A model generated the notes under the pieces. That model was given only the letters and a program-made list of their open reading frames with translations. It did not search any database and had not been told where the DNA came from. Positions 47,575 through 56,749 of a stretch of 64,000 bases of DNA are shown here, piece after piece; position 1 is the first letter of the stretch; every line of letters starts with the position of its first letter. Location of the stretch: the IMG/VR virus record IMGVR_UViG_3300017991_005548, positions 186,001-250,000 of that record. One strand, 5' to 3'. The position numbers and the translations under genes are program-made.

Positions 47575-49959
47575 TTACTCTCCAAAATCCAATATTTTAT
47601 CTAATTCATACTTCTTAAAAAGTTCCTGGGCTTCCTCTTCATTGAGTGACTCTATCTTTGCCTTCGCAAACTGCAAGAAGTCAACAGAATACTTTTCCAA
47701 AAGAACGGGAGCGTATTTTCCAATAGCTTCCTCTAATTCACTATCAATATCAAGACCAAGCTTGATTGACAAATACAACGCTCTCAATATAATGAATGGG
47801 TTGAATGACAATACATCATCTGCATCCATGACCGTTTCGATATAATTATCTCCATTAAAAGGAGTGATGAACGATCCAGTGTAAGGGTTATATCCTCTAG
47901 CATTAATAGTGAAATCCTTGTTGCAAATATCATGCAATACATGGCTGGAAGAATCAAGATCCTGTTTTTTCATCCATCTCTCGATAGTTGGGATCTTTTG
48001 TCCTCCATTGAAACAAATCTTCACGCCTTTGTGATTAAAACAAAAACATCTAGTTGCTGGATCAATCTCAGAGACCTGTTCTCCCAATTCTTCAGCCAAC
48101 AAACTTCCGAATTTATGGCAGTTTTGGGATGAATCACTTGTAAATTCAAGTTCCTCAACTTCTGGAGATCTGTTCCCAAAAGATTTCTCTCTTGCATAAG
48201 AACCGATAGCATAAACATCTTTGATATCGTATTCATGAGCCACACTCTTTGCGGCATCCATAATGCAACTAATAGCATCTTCAAGCGTTGGTCTGCAACC
48301 AACAACCTTTGACATAATCTCTCTTAGTTGTTCATCATTGTTCTGAATAGCATCTTCGACTTTTTCAATTTCTTCACTACCAACTCCCCTATGAATCCAG
48401 CAGGAGTATATCTCTTCTCCATCGGACTCTCCCAAAGAAAACATATCGACTCCAATAGGACTGCGCCCCATTGACTTTTCAATAACTGACAACATATCTT
48501 CACTACAAACAATCCTAGTTGCCTTCATATCGCCCCTAAGAATGATTGATCGTATTTTTCTCAACATATCAACAATATGTCCAAGCCCACCCGAAGCAAA
48601 ACGTTTTGCAGGATGAGTGTTGCTTAAGTCTCTTGTTGAATCAAACCAACTCTCTGGTTTGAACCTTGGCTCGATCCATCTGTAATAAAACCCCTTGATG
48701 TCATATGTTGGGTTATATCTAGGTTGTGACTTTATCCAGTCCTCTTCTTCTGAAAAACATTCATCTCTGTCATCCCAGGCCATGACTCTGTCACCTAACC
48801 CAGGAATAGTTGATCCATCAGAAATTTCGAGATTATTGTACCACCCAAAAACTGTCGCCATCTTTGTCATCTTTGATGCTTGCTTTAAAGGCATCATCAA
48901 TGGTTGTGGTCTAGTATCTTCCAGAAGATCTTCAGTGATTCTATATCCAGTATCGTCTTTGAGCCTGTCTTTGTCAAGCAATTCTTCAAAAATGAGATCA
49001 GGATCTAATTCCCAATCACCTTCAGTAAATTTCCTCAACTGAACTTCATAGATGTCATGTTCTGGAGATAGGTCTGGAGGGAGTGGAGCCTGATACTGTC
49101 TGCCAAGCATTTCTTCGATTGCTCGATTTTGATATTGATGGGCGATCATACCCCAATCTGGTTGGGCCTGGAAATTTGCTCCATGATCACCATATCTTCC
49201 TGACAAATCAGATCCTGAGGGAGGATAGAATGGAAAGTGGCTTTGAGCTTCTTTATACCAATTATTTGAGGCTCCTTGCCTTAAACTTAGTTCACCCTCT
49301 ATGCTGTATTTCTGCTGAATCTCTCTCATGGCAGATTCAAGTAATGCTGTCTCAACTTGAGTTGGACCTGCTTCGTCTTCTGCCCCTTTAGCATGAGTGG
49401 CTTCGTGAGCCATTGTAGCGGCCATGTGAGCTATCATAAGATCTTGTCTTAGCTCTGCATGCATTTCTGGTGGAACGATGTCCTGAAGGTTCCTAAAGGA
49501 TTGCTCCATCTCATTACGAGTGTCTGCTACATTCAGTCCTAGAACTGATCCTCCTTTACTTTCTAGATCAGCATATACTTGCTGGATTTCATTACGGATA
49601 GTTTCTTGGTCTTTCTCTTCTTTAGTGTCATACGCTCGAAGCATTCCATCTTCTTCGACAATTTCATAACCTCTTGATTCAAGTCTTTTTTGAAGTTCTT
49701 GGGTTTTGACTGCCCTATCTAGTGACGGAACATAAACTCCATAAACACCAGCTTTCGCGAAGTTGAACATATAAACAATATTCTGCAAAAGATTTGAGTC
49801 GAATCGATTGACTAAGTCAACTGATTTCTGGGCATCGCCAAATTGGGAAGAGATGTTGGAGATGTTAACACTTGGGCTTCCGATCAAACTACCTTTATAC
49901 TCTGGAGCATCACCAGAGTAATACCCTCCGTAGTCTTGAGATACTTTTATGATTTTCAT
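47575..49959 (-). CDS. Leader-bearing (MKIIKVSQ) zincin-like metallopeptidase fused to a degenerate CCA/PAP-like nucleotidyltransferase
   Basis: AHEATHAKGAEDE; C-terminal YAIGSYARE..ELEF, NKDFTINA, FNPFIILRA. Confidence 0.7.
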   Translation of the reverse strand: MKIIKVSQDYGGYYSGDAPEYKGSLIGSPSVNISNISSQFGDAQKSVDLVNRFDSNLLQNIVYMFNFAKAGVYGVYVPSLDRAVKTQELQKRLESRGYEIVEEDGMLRAYDTKEEKDQETIRNEIQQVYADLESKGGSVLGLNVADTRNEMEQSFRNLQDIVPPEMHAELRQDLMIAHMAATMAHEATHAKGAEDEAGPTQVETALLESAMREIQQKYSIEGELSLRQGASNNWYKEAQSHFPFYPPSGSDLSGRYGDHGANFQAQPDWGMIAHQYQNRAIEEMLGRQYQAPLPPDLSPEHDIYEVQLRKFTEGDWELDPDLIFEELLDKDRLKDDTGYRITEDLLEDTRPQPLMMPLKQASKMTKMATVFGWYNNLEISDGSTIPGLGDRVMAWDDRDECFSEEEDWIKSQPRYNPTYDIKGFYYRWIEPRFKPESWFDSTRDLSNTHPAKRFASGGLGHIVDMLRKIRSIILRGDMKATRIVCSEDMLSVIEKSMGRSPIGVDMFSLGESDGEEIYSCWIHRGVGSEEIEKVEDAIQNNDEQLREIMSKVVGCRPTLEDAISCIMDAAKSVAHEYDIKDVYAIGSYAREKSFGNRSPEVEELEFTSDSSQNCHKFGSLLAEELGEQVSEIDPATRCFCFNHKGVKICFNGGQKIPTIERWMKKQDLDSSSHVLHDICNKDFTINARGYNPYTGSFITPFNGDNYIETVMDADDVLSFNPFIILRALYLSIKLGLDIDSELEEAIGKYAPVLLEKYSVDFLQFAKAKIESLNEEEAQELFKKYELDKILDFGE

Positions 49960-50028
49960 ATTTTAACTCAGGAAAATTGTACAATTGCATTTTTATTCTC
50001 ACTTTTCCGTTGAATGTCCTATTTGGGC

Positions 50029-50057
50029 ACAAAAAAACGGGACTATTTCTAGTCCCG
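50029..50057 (-). terminator. Rho-independent terminator
   Basis: ACGGGACTA/TAGTCCCGT stem plus T run. Confidence 0.8.
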
Positions 50058-50088
50058 TATATTATACATTTTATTGTGGGCCGAAAAC

Positions 50089-50436
50089 TTAGATGCCAAA
50101 ACCTCCTGCATCATAAGGATCAACGGCCATTGGGGAGTCGTCCAGAGGATTGTAGCCGTCCTCTTCCTCTTCTTCGTCATTTTCAAGTGGATTGAAAGTG
50201 ACAGAGGCTTGGCGATGCACCATCTCCCCCTTCTTTGTTAATTCTGGTTCCCCAGAAGATCCGCCAATTTGTTCAGCGATGTACTTCACAATTTTGGCAT
50301 TGATGTTTTCACCGTTTTCATCAATCGCAGTACATGAGACTTGCTCCCCATGGTCCAAGATTGTAACGGTGTACTTTCCTGTCAATTTGTCGATTTTTAC
50401 TTCGACATCGAGATGAGTTCCAAAAAGGTCAGCCAT
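50089..50436 (-). CDS. DUF2997-like protein
   Basis: VEVKIDKLTGKYTVTI..GEQVSC...IGG...ELTK pattern; follows the DUF1257-like gene. Confidence 0.55.
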   Translation of the reverse strand: MADLFGTHLDVEVKIDKLTGKYTVTILDHGEQVSCTAIDENGENINAKIVKYIAEQIGGSSGEPELTKKGEMVHRQASVTFNPLENDEEEEEDGYNPLDDSPMAVDPYDAGGFGI

Positions 50437-50446
50437 TGTTATACTC

Positions 50447-50890
50447 CTAAACCATTCCGTTCAAAATGTCGTCACCATCGATCTTGAACTTGAAGATGAA
50501 GTTATCATCATCTTCTTCCTCGGTGAAGCCCAGTACGTCCAAACGATTGACCATCGTCTTGGCTTTGTACCTTCCGATTTCACCTGGGAGTTCATCTTCG
50601 AACTTCTTCTGGCGCTTTCCAGCGACAGAGCTATGACCACCCAAAGCAACAATCCATTTATTGCCTTCCCGTCTCATACCGAATTCCTCGTAGCAAACTC
50701 CTTTTGCTCCGACTGGAACGCGAATGTGATAGGTTGACTTGGCTTGTTGATAGCCACTTCTCAAAGAAATGTTTCCAGATTCAGAAGTGTCGATTTGACC
50801 TTTCCATTCTGGGACCATGTTTTCGAGAACTCTGGCCATTGTTTGGACATCGCAATTTGCTTGCACTTCACCATAAACATAGTGACTCAT
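50447..50890 (-). CDS. DUF1257 (Ycf35)-like protein
   Basis: MSHY start, EFGMRREGNKW, GFTEEE; GGAG SD before ATG 50890. Confidence 0.6.
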   Translation of the reverse strand: MSHYVYGEVQANCDVQTMARVLENMVPEWKGQIDTSESGNISLRSGYQQAKSTYHIRVPVGAKGVCYEEFGMRREGNKWIVALGGHSSVAGKRQKKFEDELPGEIGRYKAKTMVNRLDVLGFTEEEDDDNFIFKFKIDGDDILNGMV

Positions 50891-50916
50891 TGCTCTTCTC
50901 CTTGGTTGTTTTTGTT

Positions 50917-51978
50917 TTATCTTGCTACTTGAATACCATTCTTTTCGCAAAATTCGATGGCGTATATTGAGAATACTCCAGCACTCAATCCGTAGTTGTC
51001 GTTGTCTCCAACAATTGCAGTTATTACTCCGATAACCTTACCATCATGACGATTGATAATTGGACCGCCACTGTTTCCTGGTAATATTGCGAGATCTAAA
51101 AACATGTATAGAGGTGCTCCATTATGAGAATAGATCTCCCTGTCAAGAGAGCTAACATAACCGAAAGTTGTGTTGTTTTCGAATCCATGAGGACTTCCAA
51201 CTGCAAAAATTTCATCTCCGACATTAACGATTTGATCGAATTCAAAAGGTTTTGCATTGATATCGGCCTTCAGTAAAGCTAGGTCTTTAGCTCCATCAAA
51301 GGCTATAACCTCTGCGTTAACCATCTGATCTCCATCTTTGATCAGTACCCTTATCATATCCTCATATTCAGAGAAGTCAAGCGAGCTTTCAGTATTTTTG
51401 TTGTAATTTTTTACGACATGGGCGCAAGTAAGGAAATAATTAGGGGCTACGCAGAAAGCAGAACCCGTTTCCTCAGTATTCGTGCTGAAGTTCTGTGACT
51501 TTACAACAAACGTCTTTTCAAGAGCCTCATCAACTTGATTTGGTTCTGGTTCAGCTTGCGCTACTCTAGAGATCCATTTGACAAGAACTCCCCTCTCTTC
51601 CATCTTTCTTCGATATTGTTGAGCCGATTCCAAAGATGGGAAAGTTTTATAGCCACCTCTAACCTTTAACTTCCAAACCTCTTTATCACCAGAATTATTA
51701 GTAAGGTTTCTGAAGATGTCTAAATCTCTTTCTCTTCTTTTGTAATCGTCACCCTCATCTTTGTAAGATCCAGGTTGAGATTCTTCGTTCCTTGACCAAT
51801 CTCCCCAATCACCTTGTTGACCTGGGAGTTTATATTGTTTGCCAGTCAATACATCCCATATGGTATGCACATTATTGAAGGGCATAACGGATTTTGGAGT
51901 AGTGGGACTTAAGCCAGAGCCTGGATATAGAATCTCAGGCATTGTTGTGCGATAAGCTTTTTTCTTTTGTTTGCCCAT
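50917..51978 (-). CDS. Trypsin-like (HtrA-type S1) serine protease with N-terminal extension
   Basis: GSAF, LTCAHVV, DLALLK, AVGSPHG, GNSGGPI. Confidence 0.88.
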   Translation of the reverse strand: MGKQKKKAYRTTMPEILYPGSGLSPTTPKSVMPFNNVHTIWDVLTGKQYKLPGQQGDWGDWSRNEESQPGSYKDEGDDYKRRERDLDIFRNLTNNSGDKEVWKLKVRGGYKTFPSLESAQQYRRKMEERGVLVKWISRVAQAEPEPNQVDEALEKTFVVKSQNFSTNTEETGSAFCVAPNYFLTCAHVVKNYNKNTESSLDFSEYEDMIRVLIKDGDQMVNAEVIAFDGAKDLALLKADINAKPFEFDQIVNVGDEIFAVGSPHGFENNTTFGYVSSLDREIYSHNGAPLYMFLDLAILPGNSGGPIINRHDGKVIGVITAIVGDNDNYGLSAGVFSIYAIEFCEKNGIQVAR

Positions 51979-52036
51979 TTTTGATACCTAAATTAAGTGT
52001 ACTCTAACTTATTCAAAAAAAGTACACTTTGAACCT

Positions 52037-52867
52037 TTAGACTTCAATAAAGGCATCTCCAAGTTGATCTTCTTCATCAACTTCATCTGGAATGAAGGCA
52101 TTTTCCACATCTTCATCTACAGGTTCTTCTTCATCGATAAAAGCATCTTCTACATCATCTCCGAAGATTTCATCAACATCTAGGAAATTTGCATCTGGTC
52201 TATCACCGAAAGCATTGTTTTTCATTTCAACCTGGGTTGCCTTGCCATTGCCAGCGCCAATAACAGCGGTTGTTCCCATTCTTTCAGATGGATCTAACAA
52301 AGATTCATCGATGGGTGTTTCTTCCTCAACCTCTTCCCCTGCCTCTTCTGCATCAAGCTTTGCGGCGGCTTTCATGGATGCCTCACAACGAGGCTCATTT
52401 TCATCAATTTCCCCATTCATCTTGTGAACCATCTCTTGAGTCTTAGGCCCTACATCAGTCATTACAACCACTTTCTCTTTTGGTTTTTCTTCCTTTTCAG
52501 CCTTCTTTTCAGTTTTCTTGCTTTTGCTCTTGCCTCTTCTTGACTTAGGCTTCCTTTTGGGCTTCTCTTCTTCAGCCTTTTCTTCAGGCTTTTCTTCAGG
52601 CTTTTCTTGGGGAGGTTCAGTGGTCAGAATCTCTTCTACCTTTTCTGCTTCTTTAGGTTTTTCTTCGATCACTTCCATACGAATCAAACCATAGTTGGCA
52701 ACTTGTCTGAGTTCACTTGCTTGCGCTTCGTTTTCAACTTCGATATTTAAAGCGTAACTACATCCATCACATTTTTTAGGATTGGGGTCATATTTACCCC
52801 TAAGCATCATGCCAATAGTGTTGAAGGAAATTGTAGCTTCTGTCAAACCATATACGTTAACTTTCAT
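52037..52867 (-). CDS. Hypothetical protein, 276 aa, K/E-rich
   Basis: GGAG SD; TGTATAAT upstream. Confidence 0.75.
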   Translation of the reverse strand: MKVNVYGLTEATISFNTIGMMLRGKYDPNPKKCDGCSYALNIEVENEAQASELRQVANYGLIRMEVIEEKPKEAEKVEEILTTEPPQEKPEEKPEEKAEEEKPKRKPKSRRGKSKSKKTEKKAEKEEKPKEKVVVMTDVGPKTQEMVHKMNGEIDENEPRCEASMKAAAKLDAEEAGEEVEEETPIDESLLDPSERMGTTAVIGAGNGKATQVEMKNNAFGDRPDANFLDVDEIFGDDVEDAFIDEEEPVDEDVENAFIPDEVDEEDQLGDAFIEV

Positions 52868-52910
52868 AATAAAACTCCCAATTTAGTCTTGGTGTTGTTT
52901 ATTATACAAA

Positions 52911-54046
52911 TTAACCGAGCAGATCTAACCCTATGTTTTTGTCTTGCATAAAGGTGTTGATGTGTTTAAGGAAAAGAGCTTTCTCTTGTGGAGTAAAAAA
53001 TGCAGATGCAAGTAAACTACTCAACTCATCACTTGTCGCAGGGATATCATCCTCGTCAAACGATCTTTTGAATGAAACAAATGCTCGACTTACTTTCTGG
53101 TCATCTACTTTTTTTTTGTAGCTTCAACGATTTGACGGTTTTTGAAATAATTGGATGCAAAGAGTCTATCTTCCTCATCCATTAGATCTTCTTCGTCTAA
53201 GTCAGTTACTTCAAAATCCTCACCCACTTCGTCAAGACCGATTTGGTAAGTTACAATGCCCTGACTAAGTTTTGAATCATCAAATGAAGCTAATGAAAAT
53301 GGAATTTCGCCATGATGTTTGGACATGAAGTATTCCAAATCGTCAGCGATATCTTCCAAAGTCAAACTACTTGTATCGTTTGTACCAGTTATTTCAAGTT
53401 TACCAACAGCGGTAGGGGTTCCACCTATGTCAATCTCTTCGTAGTAGACTTCTTTAACAGCTTCTAGAACATCATCGTCGTCTCCGAGGTCTTCTATTGG
53501 AAAATCAGGATCGATTTCATTAATTTCAAAGTCCTGTCCATAAGGATCATCTAGGATATCATCCATATTGTCTTCAAGACTACGATCACGTTCCACATAA
53601 TCCCAATCAATATCCATTGACTGAGCTTTCTTCTCGAAAGCTATTTTAAGGCCATCTTCGCTTTTGATTTCCCACCATCTTTGTCGCTTGGGAGTTTCTG
53701 AGGCTGTCTCATACTCCTCTCCTTCGATATTGTAATCGGCCAATCGTTTCTCTTCAAGCTTATTCATATCACCTTCATAAGCTTGAGCATTTCTGTGTTT
53801 AGAACCAAATTCATCTTTGGCTTCATCTAGGTTTTTCTCAATAACAACTTCTGCACTACCAGTTCTGTTGTTTTCAAGAAGCTTTTCCATAACTGAATCT
53901 TTGTCACCTACGTGATGAGGATCTAACTGCTTATCTGTAATTTCCTCTGGAATGTCGCCATGGGATTCTGACAACATGCGATCAGTATGGGCATCTTCAT
54001 CTAATTTTTCATAGACTACAAATTTATATTCAGACATTTTATGCAC
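52911..54046 (-). CDS. Acidic head-module protein, 313 aa, with a predicted -1 frameshift extension of 65 aa
   Basis: ACA AAA AAA AAG TAG at 53105-53119; the -1 frame is open from 53108 to TAA at 52911. Confidence 0.7.
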
Positions 54047-54096
54047 TCTCCTGAAGAATATTTCTTATTTGTTCTTCTTCTATTATAAAAAATCCT

Positions 54097-55932
54097 CTAA
54101 AATCTCATCCTAACAGTTACAGGTTCTGGAAGAGCAGGGTTCAGTCCATCAGTAGCAGAAGAAACAGCCCCTACTAAGCAATCAACTACATCATCTGTCT
54201 TCACATCTGCATTTTTATCTGGCAGAAGAGAAATTCCTCTTGCAATTCTTTTGAATTTTAAGTGTTGCATCTCTGCTAACATATATGAAGCATGTCCATC
54301 ATCATCATAAAGATAAATTTCAGGATTTGGTTGATACTCCATCATCATCTTCATATTTCTATATAATTTCTGTTTAACACTTCTGTTATATTGAATCTTT
54401 TGACAATTTACTCCATGACTCCTCAAAAACTGCAAACTGTGTACAGACTGAAAGTCATCATAAGTAACTCTCAATGGTCTAAAGATTTTGCAAATAGTTA
54501 GAACATCTCTATCAATCTCATGGAATTGTAATCCAATACCTGGAACTGGTTTCCAGATCCATACGCCAGCTAATTCAACCATCCATCTCTTTTCCCCCTG
54601 ATTGTTTCTATATTTCTTAGCGGCAATCAAAACCATACTGAAGTTATTTCCGCCATTGGCTGGATCAACATGAGCATAATAATTGTATCCTGGTGCTGGT
54701 TTGGCATGAGGGCCAAGATCTGCCCTTACACATCTTTCAAGCAATCCTTCCTCAAAATAGTTACCATAAATACCGCCACTAGCCCATTGAGCGCCATACT
54801 CAATAGCAAACATTTCTGGGTTACTCTCTCTATCACCAACCATCTCTTTGTTATAAAAATCAATATCATCATTTACACACCAAGTTGGCAACTGAAACGA
54901 TAAGATAGAATCATCTTCTAATGATCTTCGATACATATCATAGAAAATACCCATCCTATTGTTCGGTGATGATATCATCACTATTCGAGCCGCATTATAT
55001 TTGTAGAATTTAGATAATGATGGCTTTAATCTGTTGAAGAAATAGGTCCCTGTTACCTTACCACTCTCATCATAGAATGCAATCTCGTCAAACAGAATAA
55101 GAATAGCACTATATCCAGCAAGTGAGTCTGGATTACTATGACCACAAAGAAGTAGAATAGATCCCGCAACTTCAATGTCAACTCCCTGACTTTTCTTTTC
55201 TAAGTCAGAGTCAGTATACAAACGAATCTCCGAAGAAATTGATTTAGCGATTCGTCCTTTGAAAAAAGGAGAGTTTCTAATTCTAGCCTGAATCTGTCCA
55301 AACAAACGTCCAGCCTGAGATTGTGACAAGGCAACATTAATAATTGCAATTTCATCATCACTAGGTAGATTATAGTAGCTATGGGGATTACCCTCATTAA
55401 TAACTAGTAACTTGTACGCTTCATACACAGTTATGATTGAAGCCATCAAGGTTTTACTTCCACGTCTACCTAAGACAAGATGCAACATACTAAAATATTC
55501 AGGTCGTCTGTCTTCTGGCTTCTTCCCCTCATTTTCATCATTCCCCTTGGCCTTCTCATCGTGGAACCTGTCCATCTCGATCATTTTTTTGATAACCTCT
55601 TTGATGTTCCTTTCATAAGTAACACCTTCAAGAGTCTCATCTTCTTCATTACCGTAAAGCCACTCCCACTCTTCTTTATTGAGATGAAGGTCTTCATTTC
55701 CTATAGTGTTCTTGTAGAAGCACTTAAGGATAACTCTTTGGGAAGTCCAGAGATCAAGCTGATTCTCTTCTGATGGTAAGTTTAGGTAGTCTGGATGATC
55801 ACAAAACGTTATGATATCGACTATCTCTTTGTAACCCTTGTTCTTTTTCAGAATCGGGTTTTTGGTATTAATCTGAAGTATTGCTTCTTCAAGTGGATTA
55901 ATAGCTTTCTGCTTCTTCTGGCGACTCGACAT
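54097..55932 (-). CDS. terL: Terminase large subunit
   Basis: Walker A GRRGSKT, Walker B ILFDEIAF, MISSP, nuclease HVDPA and DDVVDC. Confidence 0.9.
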   Translation of the reverse strand: MSSRQKKQKAINPLEEAILQINTKNPILKKNKGYKEIVDIITFCDHPDYLNLPSEENQLDLWTSQRVILKCFYKNTIGNEDLHLNKEEWEWLYGNEEDETLEGVTYERNIKEVIKKMIEMDRFHDEKAKGNDENEGKKPEDRRPEYFSMLHLVLGRRGSKTLMASIITVYEAYKLLVINEGNPHSYYNLPSDDEIAIINVALSQSQAGRLFGQIQARIRNSPFFKGRIAKSISSEIRLYTDSDLEKKSQGVDIEVAGSILLLCGHSNPDSLAGYSAILILFDEIAFYDESGKVTGTYFFNRLKPSLSKFYKYNAARIVMISSPNNRMGIFYDMYRRSLEDDSILSFQLPTWCVNDDIDFYNKEMVGDRESNPEMFAIEYGAQWASGGIYGNYFEEGLLERCVRADLGPHAKPAPGYNYYAHVDPANGGNNFSMVLIAAKKYRNNQGEKRWMVELAGVWIWKPVPGIGLQFHEIDRDVLTICKIFRPLRVTYDDFQSVHSLQFLRSHGVNCQKIQYNRSVKQKLYRNMKMMMEYQPNPEIYLYDDDGHASYMLAEMQHLKFKRIARGISLLPDKNADVKTDDVVDCLVGAVSSATDGLNPALPEPVTVRMRF

Positions 55933-56749
55933 AATATTCCTCCAATATATAAACACAACCATTGTCTGATGGACAAAAGGTCAGAATTTTATTTCCAACC
56001 TTATATATTTCAAACAAATGAGTCGCATCTCCTTCAGAGGAAAGCATATGCACAGTATTGTCACTTAAAAAGAAAAGTTTGTTCTTGACATAATATATGT
56101 CTTTTAGGTCTTTGCAGTCATCGATAATTGTGTACGTTGAGTTTTTTCGTATCCCCCTTAAGCAATTGTTACCACTGTCTGCAAAACAGACAGTTTTTCC
56201 CATTATTGCAACTCCAGTTGGTTTAGAAATCCTCGTATTTTTTAAATTTGATATTGAGAATCCAGCCTTACCACAACCTATAAGTGGAAAGGCGTTCTCC
56301 TCATTCATTATAAAGCATCTGTGACAATTTGTAGTGCTCCAGATGACTTGATTTTCTAATGAAGTTACATAAGTCCTTGAGTCGCTTCTTCCAAGGACTT
56401 TTCTTCTAAATTGTTTAGCACTGTTTTTTGAGATCAAATTCTCAAAATCCATCAACTCCAAATCGACTTTGTGAATTCGGCTACCACCTTCTGAAACTAT
56501 ATATAAACAATCATAACTGGAATTATAGCATATCGAACTGAAAGTTGAAAAGTCTGGCTTCTCAGTATATGTGAGTTCATAACGCCAATCAGGATTGCAG
56601 TCGCCATTATTCATCTTTCCTATGCCATCATCATGTAGGAAAAACAGATTATCCCCAACACAACAAAAATCCTTGATCTCGAAGTTGATCTCGAAATTTC
56701 GTTGTTTTCGGGTGGTAAGGTTCTTTTCTGTAAGTTTATAGATCATCAA
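55898..56749 (-). CDS. Beta-propeller (NHL-like) protein
   Basis: KPTGVAI...FADSGNNCLRGI. Confidence 0.6.
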   Translation of the reverse strand: MMIYKLTEKNLTTRKQRNFEINFEIKDFCCVGDNLFFLHDDGIGKMNNGDCNPDWRYELTYTEKPDFSTFSSICYNSSYDCLYIVSEGGSRIHKVDLELMDFENLISKNSAKQFRRKVLGRSDSRTYVTSLENQVIWSTTNCHRCFIMNEENAFPLIGCGKAGFSISNLKNTRISKPTGVAIMGKTVCFADSGNNCLRGIRKNSTYTIIDDCKDLKDIYYVKNKLFFLSDNTVHMLSSEGDATHLFEIYKVGNKILTFCPSDNGCVYILEEYYVESPEEAESY

